DNA of 64,000 nt from contig JANRJA010000172.1 of assembly GCA_033764315.1 (NCBI GenBank), forward strand, positions 1 to 64,000, read 5' to 3'. Position numbers and translations under genes: made by a program. Each line of letters opens with the position of its first letter. Position 1 is the stretch's first letter. Positions 1 through 8,544 of this stretch are shown one piece after another. Below the pieces are notes generated by a model that worked only from the letters and a program-made list of their open reading frames with translations, had not been told where the DNA came from and made no database searches. The DNA comes from Oculatellaceae cyanobacterium bins.114 (GTDB lineage Bacteria > Cyanobacteriota > Cyanobacteriia > Elainellales > Elainellaceae).

Positions 1-37
1 GGGGTGCGACTCTCACAACCCATTTAGGATTGCTATA
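1..37. mobile_element. Right end of a TATAGCnnTCCTAAAT-type MITE, truncated by the window edge
   Basis: CTCTCACAACCCATTTAGGATTGCTATA closely matches the right end of the element at 14841-14933. Confidence 0.7.
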
Positions 38-215
38 TAAAAAATACAAATTTGGGTCAAAAACCTTCATAACTCACTAAAATATCGCTGTTATTCTAAA
101 CGATGTGGCTTCTATTCAATTTACTGTCTCCTCAGTTTCAGAGGAACTATTTTTCTCTCGATAACTTCAGTACTGATAGGGTTTATGACCGATTGATGGG
201 TCACCCCTTTAGGGA

Positions 216-1826
216 TTGGTAGTGTCTGAGAGTGCTTTGATTGTTCATGGTGCATTCTTGATAGTTGTGATCTCCAGATTTATCCCACTTGTACGACGAA
301 CTTTATCTCCATTCAGTGGCGTCCGAAAGGTGGCAGCCGTTTTCAGTCAGCCTCTCTTGGGGGCGGGTGCGATCGCCCTCCTGGTTTGTCTATTAACGGT
401 TCACCGATGGACACCCTTACTGCGATCGAGCTTATTGCTCGTTGCGACACTCGGCATTTTAGGAGGATGGCGATCGCTCCATGATGCCTTTCATGATCGC
501 CTGACAGGGTTGCCCAACCGGGCCTTGTTTTTGAAACATTTAGAGCGAGCGATTCGGCAACAGCGGCGGCGACAGAACCAACCGTTTGGAGTTTTTTATC
601 TTGATTTAGATGAATTTCGAGCCTTGAATGAAACGTTAGGTCGGGCTGGGGGTGATCAACTGTTAACGGCGATCGCTCGTCGGCTCAGCAGCTTTTTAGG
701 GTCTACAACGGTTTTAGCGCGAGTTGGGGGCAATGAATTTGTGGCTCTGACCGAGGGCGTGACCACCCCTGATGAAGCGATGCAGCTTGCTGATCGTTTG
801 CACGCTGAAATTATTGCTCCATTTCAAATCAATGACAGAGGCGTGGTGGCGACCGTTAGTATCGGCATTGCGCTCAGTTCAGATTATTTTTGGGCGCATG
901 ATTTGTTAAAGGATGCTCAACTGGCGATGTATCATGCAAAACGCCAGGGAAGAGCCTGTCATGCTGTGTTTCAGCCTCAAATGCGGGTACAGGTTGCCTC
1001 GTTTACTCAGTTGGGGGCTGATCTGCGCTGGGCGATTGAGCGGCAAGAATTGCGCTTGTTTTATCAAGCATTGGTCTCGCTACAAACAAAGCAGATTATT
1101 GGGTTTGAAGCCTTGGTGCGGTGGCAGCATCCAAAGCATGGCTTAATAACGCCTTCAGAGTTTATTCCTCTGGCAGAGAATACGGGCTTGATTGTGGCGA
1201 TTGGGCGATGGACGATTCGTCAGGCGTGTAGTCAACTGTGGCGGTGGCAGCAGGGTCTGCTGATGGAGTCGTCATTGTTGATGAGTGTCAATCTGTCGGC
1301 GCAGGAGTTTTCACAGCCTCATTTGAGCGACTACATTCAACAAGTTTTGCGAGATACCGGTATTGAAGGGCATCGGCTCAAGCTAGAAATTACGGAAAGC
1401 ACCTTAATGAGCGATTTAGAGACGGCGATCGCCACGCTTAACCAAATCAAATCACTGGGCATTCAGATTGGTATTGATGACTTTGGCACGGGCTACTCAT
1501 CTTTAAGCCATTTATATTACTTTCCAACCGATACCTTGAAAATTGATCAGTCATTTGTGCGTCGGTTAGGACATCGTAGCGAAAATGATGAAATTGTCCG
1601 TACCATTATTACCCTGGCTCATAATCTGGGTATGAATGTCATTGCTGAGGGCATTGAAACGCGCCGCCAACTTGATTTGTTGCGATCGCTCAAGTGTGAA
1701 TATGGACAAGGTTATTTGTTCTCGAAACCGCTCGATCGAGAGGCAGCAACCCTTCTTTTGACAGAACAACTTACCGAGCAATGGAATTCTGAGAATCTGT
1801 GCAACGATTTTTTGAGAAGCAGCTAG
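216..1826 (+). CDS. Membrane-anchored GGDEF-EAL protein, probable c-di-GMP phosphodiesterase; start uncertain
   Basis: HDRLTGLPNR, degenerate GGNEF, intact FEALVRW and DDFGTGYSSL, hydrophobic N-terminus. Confidence 0.9.
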   Translation: MVVSESALIVHGAFLIVVISRFIPLVRRTLSPFSGVRKVAAVFSQPLLGAGAIALLVCLLTVHRWTPLLRSSLLLVATLGILGGWRSLHDAFHDRLTGLPNRALFLKHLERAIRQQRRRQNQPFGVFYLDLDEFRALNETLGRAGGDQLLTAIARRLSSFLGSTTVLARVGGNEFVALTEGVTTPDEAMQLADRLHAEIIAPFQINDRGVVATVSIGIALSSDYFWAHDLLKDAQLAMYHAKRQGRACHAVFQPQMRVQVASFTQLGADLRWAIERQELRLFYQALVSLQTKQIIGFEALVRWQHPKHGLITPSEFIPLAENTGLIVAIGRWTIRQACSQLWRWQQGLLMESSLLMSVNLSAQEFSQPHLSDYIQQVLRDTGIEGHRLKLEITESTLMSDLETAIATLNQIKSLGIQIGIDDFGTGYSSLSHLYYFPTDTLKIDQSFVRRLGHRSENDEIVRTIITLAHNLGMNVIAEGIETRRQLDLLRSLKCEYGQGYLFSKPLDREAATLLLTEQLTEQWNSENLCNDFLRSS

Positions 1827-1946
1827 GAAATAGCTCTAAATCTGCTGAAAAAGCAACTATTTCACCGCTCAAGGCTGCAATTGAGCCTGTAGTGCAAGTT
1901 GACAAATTGACAGTGTTTGTGCGGTGAACTTTAATCGTGGTGAAAG

Positions 1947-1985
1947 GGCGTTAGCGTATCCCCGCCAAGAGACCTCGCCAACGCC
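1947..1985 (+). promoter_or_regulatory. Putative structured 5' leader hairpin upstream of a small ORF
   Basis: GGCGTTAGCG...CGCCAACGCC stem with one mismatch and CGCCAA in the apical region; preceded by TTGACA-N17-TTTAAT at 1907-1935. Confidence 0.5.
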
Positions 1986-2012
1986 TGATATCCTTACGGA
2001 TGAAAATTTATT

Positions 2013-2261
2013 ATGCCACAAAATCCCAATTTACAAGATTGGACAACGCCCCTGTCGGTGGAGCTGCCTGCTGCAAAACTTGCCTATCGTGAACGATTGA
2101 CTGTCTGGGCGATCGCCCGTCTTTTACCCAATCTTGAACCCCTTGTGGTTGCTCGTTTTCGCACTCGCTCTGATGCAGATGGCTATCTCAACTCTCTGCG
2201 AAATCGTATGCCCAATGCTCAATTTGTTGTGACTTTTGCCCCTCAGCCCTCTCAAAATTGA
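2013..2261 (+). CDS. Small hypothetical protein (82 aa) of a cyanobacterial family
   Basis: ATG after a GGA element; W-x-I-x-R-LLP...V-x-RFR-x-R-x-DA-x-x-YL-x-x-LR...F pattern that I recall from cyanobacterial small proteins. Confidence 0.7.
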   Translation: MPQNPNLQDWTTPLSVELPAAKLAYRERLTVWAIARLLPNLEPLVVARFRTRSDADGYLNSLRNRMPNAQFVVTFAPQPSQN

Positions 2262-2284
2262 TAGGCTGACGGTAGTTCTAAACA

Positions 2285-2322
2285 AGTAAGGATATGCTGC
2301 GTTCCGCAGGCATATCCTTACT
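2285..2322. terminator. Strong hairpin downstream of the small ORF
   Basis: AGTAAGGATATGC-TGCG-TTC-CGCA-G-GCATATCCTTACT, 13-bp perfect outer stem; no U-tract, so termination is uncertain. Confidence 0.5.
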
Positions 2323-2649
2323 CAAAATCATTACTTTTAGAAGACTACCAGGTTGACAATTACAGCAAAGCTTGGTTGGGTGTTGCAAGATAAACTATCC
2401 CTGGTTGAAACTGACTCGATTTGAAGTCATGCCTTTGACGTTACCTTTAACTTTATGTTAGAGATTGTGCAGTTTGTAAATCTATGGCAAACCTAGCTAG
2501 ATATAGAGGTGCATCTAACAGTGGGTTGTTATAGTAGCGATCGATCAGTGTTAATAAACTTCGATCCCTGTAGCAGTTGCTACTCAGAGAATTTTGACTC
2601 CACTTTAAGCTTTTAGCGGTGGAACTCCTATAACAGTCGAGGATGGTTA

Positions 2650-4002
2650 ATGGCTAAAACCACTGAACAACATCGAGTTGTTATTGTTGGAGGTGGCTTT
2701 GGTGGATTGTATGCCGCTAAAGCATTAGGTCGCGCTCCAGTAGATGTGACCCTGATCGATAAACGTAACTTCCATTTATTTCAACCGTTGCTCTATCAAG
2801 TAGCAACTGGAACCGTTTCTCCCGCTGATATTTCTTCACCGTTGCGTGCCATTTTGAGTCGGCACAAAAATACGCAGGTGTTGATGGAAGAAGTGGTTGA
2901 TATTGACCCAACGCAACAACAGGTGGTGGTCAAAGGCAAAACCGTGCCCTATGACACGCTGATTGTCGCCACTGGAGTCAGTCATCATTATTTTGGCAAT
3001 GACCAGTGGAAGGAGACGGCTCCTGGGCTAAAGACGGTTGAAGATGCACTAGAGATGCGGCGACGTATCTTTATGGCCTTTGAAGCCGCTGAGAAAGAAA
3101 CAGATGCTGAGAAGCGTCGCGCCTGGTTGACCTTTGTGATTGTTGGAGGTGGCCCTACAGGGGTTGAGTTGGCTGGGGCGATCGCTGAACTTGCATTTCA
3201 CACCTTAAAAGAAGATTTTCGGAGTATTGACACCACAGAAGCCCAGATTTTGCTGCTAGAGGGACTGGATCGAATATTGCCCCCCTATCCGGCTGACCTG
3301 TCAGCAGAAGCAGCCGCTTCATTGACTCGGTTGGGGGTAACAGTTAAGACTAAAACCTTAGTCACCAACATTACTGATACCGTCGTGACCACTCGCTGTG
3401 GAGAGCACGTTGAGCAGATCTCAGCACGCACCATTTTGTGGGCAGCAGGGGTCAAAGCCTCGGCTATGGGGCAAGTGTTAGCCGATCGCACAGGAGCACA
3501 GCTTGATCGAGCTGGGCGAGTCACCGTGAGTGCTGACCTGAGCATTCCTAACCATCCCAATATCTTTGTCATTGGGGATCTGGCTAACTTCATTCAAGCT
3601 GATGGTAAGCCGCTTCCGGGTGTGGCTCCGGTAGCCGTTCAAGAAGGTGAGTATGTCGCTAAACTGATTCAAAAGCGGCTCAAGGGACATACACTGCCAG
3701 AGTTTAGCTATGTCAACGCGGGTAGCCTAGCGGTCATTGGGCAAAATGAAGCTGTTGTCGATTTGGGCTTTATCAAATTCTCTGGCATTATTGCGTGGCT
3801 GATTTGGGTCTTTGCTCATATCTACTATTTGATTGAGTTCGACAATAAGCTGATTGTGATGTTGCAGTGGGGATGGAGTTACTTCACACGCAACCGAGGG
3901 GCTCGACTCATTACCGGGGAAGAAGATCTGCTGAAGGTCGAGATCAACGAGAATGGAGAGTTTCATGCGCCATCTCAACCAAAATCAACGGTCGAAGCCT
4001 AA
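2650..4002 (+). CDS. Type II NAD(P)H dehydrogenase (NDH-2 family FAD-dependent oxidoreductase)
   Basis: Two Rossmann motifs (GGGFGG, GGGPTGVELAG), FQPLLYQVATG, WAAGV. Confidence 0.92.
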   Translation: MAKTTEQHRVVIVGGGFGGLYAAKALGRAPVDVTLIDKRNFHLFQPLLYQVATGTVSPADISSPLRAILSRHKNTQVLMEEVVDIDPTQQQVVVKGKTVPYDTLIVATGVSHHYFGNDQWKETAPGLKTVEDALEMRRRIFMAFEAAEKETDAEKRRAWLTFVIVGGGPTGVELAGAIAELAFHTLKEDFRSIDTTEAQILLLEGLDRILPPYPADLSAEAAASLTRLGVTVKTKTLVTNITDTVVTTRCGEHVEQISARTILWAAGVKASAMGQVLADRTGAQLDRAGRVTVSADLSIPNHPNIFVIGDLANFIQADGKPLPGVAPVAVQEGEYVAKLIQKRLKGHTLPEFSYVNAGSLAVIGQNEAVVDLGFIKFSGIIAWLIWVFAHIYYLIEFDNKLIVMLQWGWSYFTRNRGARLITGEEDLLKVEINENGEFHAPSQPKSTVEA

Positions 4003-4064
4003 GCTTGCCCCGATTAAACCAGGTTGCGCGAAAATGGAGTTGATGTAAACGCACCTTCTCACCT

Positions 4065-5543
4065 TTGAGTCAGTCTCCTCGCAACAGTGAATCGTCTCAG
4101 GCATCGTCGCAGGTCAAGCCAACGATGGGTTTGACCTCCATGAGTTTGCAAGAGTCTCATTTTAATAGAGCGCGTCTCAGCCTTAAACAGGCACTGACTC
4201 GTTATGCTCAGCAGATTCGCTTGCCCAAGCGCAATGCCAACTCGGTGGAGTTGCAGTCAGCCCTTAAAAAAGACCTGGATCAACTCTCAAATGCGCTGGA
4301 TAAGTTGAATCACAGCATTTTGCGAATGGCAGTGTTTGGGTTAGTCAGTCGGGGCAAATCAGCCGTTATTAATGCGTTATTAGGGCAAAAGATTTTGCAA
4401 ACGGGTCCGTTAAACGGCGTGACTCAGTATCCACGTTCGGTTTATTGGTCGCCTCAGGTGTCGGGCAGTGCAATGCAGGTGGAATTGATTGATACCCCTG
4501 GACTGGATGAAGTGGATGGTCAACTGCGAGCTGAAATGGCGCGGGATGTGGCGCAACAGGCAGATTTAATCTTATTTGTTGTGGCGGGAGATATTACCCG
4601 TACTGAATATCGGGCTTTGGCAGAGTTGCAGTTAGCCCATAAGCCACTGATTTTGGTGTTTAACAAGACAGATCTGTATCCCAATCAAGATCGACAAGCG
4701 ATTTATCAACGGTTGCAAACGGTGTTTGCTCAAGCAGAGGCAGAGGCTTCTATGGCGCAGCAACTGGATGGAGGCACTCCGGTTCGTCGTCGTCCTTGGT
4801 TATTGCCCAGCGATATTGTGTTGATTGCGGCAGAGCCAACCCCTCTGCAAGTGCGGGTGGAATATCCAGATGGGCAGGTGGACTATGAGTGGGAGTCTCC
4901 TCCGGCTCAGATTGAAGAGTTGCAGCAGAAGTTATTAGCCATTCTGAGTACTGAGGGAAAATCGCTGTTGGCGTTGAATGCGCTGCGGCAAGCCCGTGAA
5001 ACGGAGGAGGCGATCGCCCATAAAACAGTGAGGTTGCATAAGACAGAAGCCGAGGATTTGATCTGGCAGTTTGCTAAATGGAAGGCGATCGCTGTGGCGG
5101 TAAATCCAATTGCAGTGTTGGATTTGGTGGGGGGCACAGCAACTGATTTGTTAATGATTCGGTCTTTAGCAAAGCTCTATGGCTTTCCGATGACCCATTA
5201 CGAAGCGGGCAAGGTGTTGAATTCGATTTTGTGGAGTTCGGGCAGTTTGCTGTTGGGTGAAGTGGGTAGTGGTGTGTTGTTGGGAATGGGTAAGAGTGCT
5301 TCGGCTGTGGCAACGGCCTTTGATAGTGTGGGTGGGGTAATGGCCTATGGCACAACGGCGATCGCCCAAGCAACACTGGCGGGTTATGGCTCCTATCGGG
5401 TGGGCAAAGCGGCGCAGACTTACTTAGAGCAGGGCTGCACTTGGGGACCGCAGGGAGCCAATACGGTGATTCAAGACATTCTCAGTCAGGTAGATGCCAA
5501 CACGATTCTCTATCGCATGCGGCGAGAACTGGGGCAAGATTAA
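4065..5543 (+). CDS. GTP-binding protein (HSR1/Era-like) with C-terminal DUF697; true start may be the ATG at 4125 or 4140
   Basis: G1 GLVSRGKS, G3 DTPG, G4 NKTD, hydrophobic C-terminal DUF697-like region. Confidence 0.85.
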   Translation: MSQSPRNSESSQASSQVKPTMGLTSMSLQESHFNRARLSLKQALTRYAQQIRLPKRNANSVELQSALKKDLDQLSNALDKLNHSILRMAVFGLVSRGKSAVINALLGQKILQTGPLNGVTQYPRSVYWSPQVSGSAMQVELIDTPGLDEVDGQLRAEMARDVAQQADLILFVVAGDITRTEYRALAELQLAHKPLILVFNKTDLYPNQDRQAIYQRLQTVFAQAEAEASMAQQLDGGTPVRRRPWLLPSDIVLIAAEPTPLQVRVEYPDGQVDYEWESPPAQIEELQQKLLAILSTEGKSLLALNALRQARETEEAIAHKTVRLHKTEAEDLIWQFAKWKAIAVAVNPIAVLDLVGGTATDLLMIRSLAKLYGFPMTHYEAGKVLNSILWSSGSLLLGEVGSGVLLGMGKSASAVATAFDSVGGVMAYGTTAIAQATLAGYGSYRVGKAAQTYLEQGCTWGPQGANTVIQDILSQVDANTILYRMRRELGQD

Positions 5544-5547
5544 TTTA

Positions 5548-5710
5548 TTGTCAGTTCGGTTTAAGCAGGCCAGCGAATAAATTCGCAGCTACCAGAGCGC
5601 AGTCCGCGAAGGCGGACTGCCAAAATCAAAGGTTTACTGAACCGACACAGGTCGGTTTTGCTTGTATAGCAGCGGTTTCAACCGCCAAAATCCTTATCCC
5701 GAACTTAGGT
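5548..5710. mobile_element. MITE with GTCAGTTCGG/CCGAACTTAGGT ends (IS982-like ends by inference) and four internal hairpins
   Basis: Homologous in reverse orientation to 33674-33930; hairpins GCGAATAAATTCGC, AGTCCGC-GAAG-GCGGACT, ACCGAC-ACAG-GTCGGT, GCGGTTTCAACCGC; TAATTTA on both flanks. Confidence 0.8.
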
Positions 5711-5726
5711 TAATTTATTGTCAGTT

Positions 5727-8534
5727 TTATTGCCAGTTGCCCACTAACACGACTGGACTCCAAAAATAGGGGCGGCGATATTGTGGATTTTGTAGCAGAG
5801 CTAGTTGTGCTTGACGTAGTGCCTCGGCTTTGGTGACTTTGGCACTTGCCAATTCTTGATAAAACCGATCCATGATCAGGGATGCCGCCTGGTCATCAAA
5901 CGACCACAAGGTGGCGACGGTGCTACGGGCACCTGCTCTGACCGCCACCCCGGCTAGCCCTAACGCCGCGCGATCGTCTCCTTCAGCCGTTTTGCAAGCA
6001 CTTAACACGAGCAACTCAATCGGGCGACGACGACTAACATCGGTGGCTTGCAGCAAACGACTCAACTGCTGAATGTTAATACGATTTTGCCAGGTGAGGA
6101 TGAAAGTATCTTCTGGTTGAGAGCTAAATTCGCCGTGCGTAGCCAGATGCACAATGGGATAGGGCACCTGATTAATGGCTGTTTGAAAATTGTCGGTGGT
6201 GAAGTCTTGGTTGAGTAGAACTTGAGATGTCGGGATTTTAGTGCGGATGGCTTGAAATTCGTTAATTACACCGGGTAACCCAGGAAAATTTTGTTGTGCC
6301 TGACTGACCCCTGCCATTAAGACTGTGAGCTGTTGAGTTTGGATCGATTGTGCCTCTAGAAGTTGCAAACCTGGTGTGAGAGCAACGGCATAATCTTCGA
6401 TCAAGAATCGCTCACCATCGTAGAGTGCTGACATGGGAATGTTTCGCAACACCCCATCTGGAACGAATACTAATGTTTTGGCACCACTCGCCTTGAGTTC
6501 ATCGGCAACGGGACGAATCAGCCAGTTATAAACCTCTTGGGCTAGGGGTTGGGCACGCCGCGCCGCGGTCGCTTGTCGCAAATATTGACGCAACTCACCC
6601 ACTTTCATTTCAACTTGGCTCTTAGAAATGGGTGTGCTGTAGTGACGTAGCGGAGTAGCGGGAATTTCCTCTGCTTGTTGCTTAGTCTGTGTTCTGACCA
6701 AGGCAGAAGCTTGAGTGTCTGCCCCTGCTGGCAGACTCAGAATGACTTCAATGCGATCGCTCAAAATAATCGGGTAAATCACCGCTGCTTGGCGATCAAC
6801 CTCATCGATCTCGACCTGTCGGGCATTGAGACAAGCTTCTCGAAAGAAATTATCTAACTCAGCTAATTGCAAAGATTCTATGGTCTTGCGGGCTTGTTCT
6901 AGTTCTACTTGCGTTGGTTCTACATCCGGTTGCAGCAAGAGTGAGACGAGTTCTCGGTGAATCGGTTCAATGGTTTCACGAAAGGAAAATTGCACCTCTA
7001 AGCTGACGGCAACCAAGTCACTTCGCAGGGTTTGCAACGTCCGAACGGCATCACTATAAGCCGCGATCGCCCCTTTACGGTCGCCTTGCGCTTTGAGAAT
7101 TCGTCCCAACTGCCACTGCCAGAGATAGGACACATCTGCCGCACTAGTTCGTTGTGAGAGGTCAAGTGCCTGAGCACTCAGGCGTTGCGCTTCGGTGAGT
7201 TGTCCGGTTTTTTCATACAAACTGCCTAAGTTGCCAATGGCAAATGCCTGTGCTCGTCGATCTTGTAGGGTTTGAGCTTGTTGAACGGCGATCGCCAACT
7301 GTTGAGCCGCCACAGTTGATACGGTTGGTGAGGTAGCTGCTTGGGGTGGACGCACCGCCGGGAGAACATCTGGCTCACGAATTACAGGAGACTCGCGATT
7401 GTCGAGTTGGGCCAAACTTTGGGCAAAGTTTACCCGTGCATAAATAGCTGTACGACTGGCGGGCAAGCGGTCAAGTTGTGTCGTAATTTGAGGCACCAAT
7501 GCCTCGGCTTCGCTCCATCGTTCTGCCTCAATCAGCAGCCGCAACTGGTTAAGCAATGCCTGGGTTTGCACGATCGGTGAAGCATTGGGGGCAACGTGTT
7601 GATAAAACGCCAGTGCCTCTGTTTGTCGTTGTTGCGCCAGGGCTATGGCTTGTTCTGCCTCTGTAGCATCACTGCGACGACGCGCATTGCGGGCCTGTTC
7701 ACTCTGTCGTTGGGCTTGAGCATAGGCCGTGTTGCCCAGGCTAAATTGGGTAGCTGCGATTGCTCTGGGTAACTGCAATCGTTCTGCCATTGCCAGACTT
7801 TGTTCGAGTGCCTGTTGTGAGGCTGTCAAATCTCCGGTAACGCGCAAAGCATCACCCAAACTGCGGAGTGCTACGACCTGTTCATCTGAGTCGGGTTGTT
7901 CTACAGAGGTGAGTTCTTCTAGAGTCGCGATCGCCCGTCGGTATAATCCCAGGGTTTGCAATGCCTCTGCCTGGTTAATGGTTGCTCGTGTTACTCCATT
8001 CAGGTTGCCAGCCCTTTGATAAAGTTCTTCTACCCGTTCCCAGGTGCTCAAGGCTGTCTCGGCTTGCCCCTGTGACAGTTGTAGACGTCCTTGCACATCC
8101 AAGATTTGCGCCTCAATGGCGGCTCGATTAGTTGAATTGCTCGTTTGTAATCGTTCTAGACTAGTGGCGATCGCCGTTTCTGCCTCGCTCCACCGCCCCA
8201 ATTGTTGATAGACCAGGGACAGGTTGCTGAGGGCGATCGCTTCTTGAAGGGCATTCCCTTGCGATCGATAGGTCTCAACGGCTTGTTCTAACACCTCAGC
8301 CGCCGCTACATATTGTTCTGCTTCGTAGAGCGATCGTCCTTGAGCCAACGCATCGGGAGGGGTTTGGGCGATCGCGTCCTCTCTGTTTTGAGAGGGGTGG
8401 GGTGCATCAGGAGCATTCATACTCCATCCCCCGGTGGCTGACACCAGCACACACAGCACTGCTGTTAAGACAGCCAGGGCTACATAGGCTTTGAGGGTAT
8501 AAACATGAGGCTTAGTCTGGGATTTGCGAGTCAT
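5727..8534 (-). CDS. TPR-repeat CHAT (caspase-like) domain protein with N-terminal signal/TM segment
   Basis: TPR repeats; HLATHG (His) and LVLSACKTA (Cys) dyad; C-terminal PYFWSPVVLVGNW. Confidence 0.92.
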   Translation of the reverse strand: MTRKSQTKPHVYTLKAYVALAVLTAVLCVLVSATGGWSMNAPDAPHPSQNREDAIAQTPPDALAQGRSLYEAEQYVAAAEVLEQAVETYRSQGNALQEAIALSNLSLVYQQLGRWSEAETAIATSLERLQTSNSTNRAAIEAQILDVQGRLQLSQGQAETALSTWERVEELYQRAGNLNGVTRATINQAEALQTLGLYRRAIATLEELTSVEQPDSDEQVVALRSLGDALRVTGDLTASQQALEQSLAMAERLQLPRAIAATQFSLGNTAYAQAQRQSEQARNARRRSDATEAEQAIALAQQRQTEALAFYQHVAPNASPIVQTQALLNQLRLLIEAERWSEAEALVPQITTQLDRLPASRTAIYARVNFAQSLAQLDNRESPVIREPDVLPAVRPPQAATSPTVSTVAAQQLAIAVQQAQTLQDRRAQAFAIGNLGSLYEKTGQLTEAQRLSAQALDLSQRTSAADVSYLWQWQLGRILKAQGDRKGAIAAYSDAVRTLQTLRSDLVAVSLEVQFSFRETIEPIHRELVSLLLQPDVEPTQVELEQARKTIESLQLAELDNFFREACLNARQVEIDEVDRQAAVIYPIILSDRIEVILSLPAGADTQASALVRTQTKQQAEEIPATPLRHYSTPISKSQVEMKVGELRQYLRQATAARRAQPLAQEVYNWLIRPVADELKASGAKTLVFVPDGVLRNIPMSALYDGERFLIEDYAVALTPGLQLLEAQSIQTQQLTVLMAGVSQAQQNFPGLPGVINEFQAIRTKIPTSQVLLNQDFTTDNFQTAINQVPYPIVHLATHGEFSSQPEDTFILTWQNRINIQQLSRLLQATDVSRRRPIELLVLSACKTAEGDDRAALGLAGVAVRAGARSTVATLWSFDDQAASLIMDRFYQELASAKVTKAEALRQAQLALLQNPQYRRPYFWSPVVLVGNWQ

Positions 8535-8544
8535 GGGGAGCTCC

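Noticed and set aside
5441-5713. 90-aa ORF spanning the GTPase end and the MITE
   Set aside because: Mostly repeat-derived reading frame
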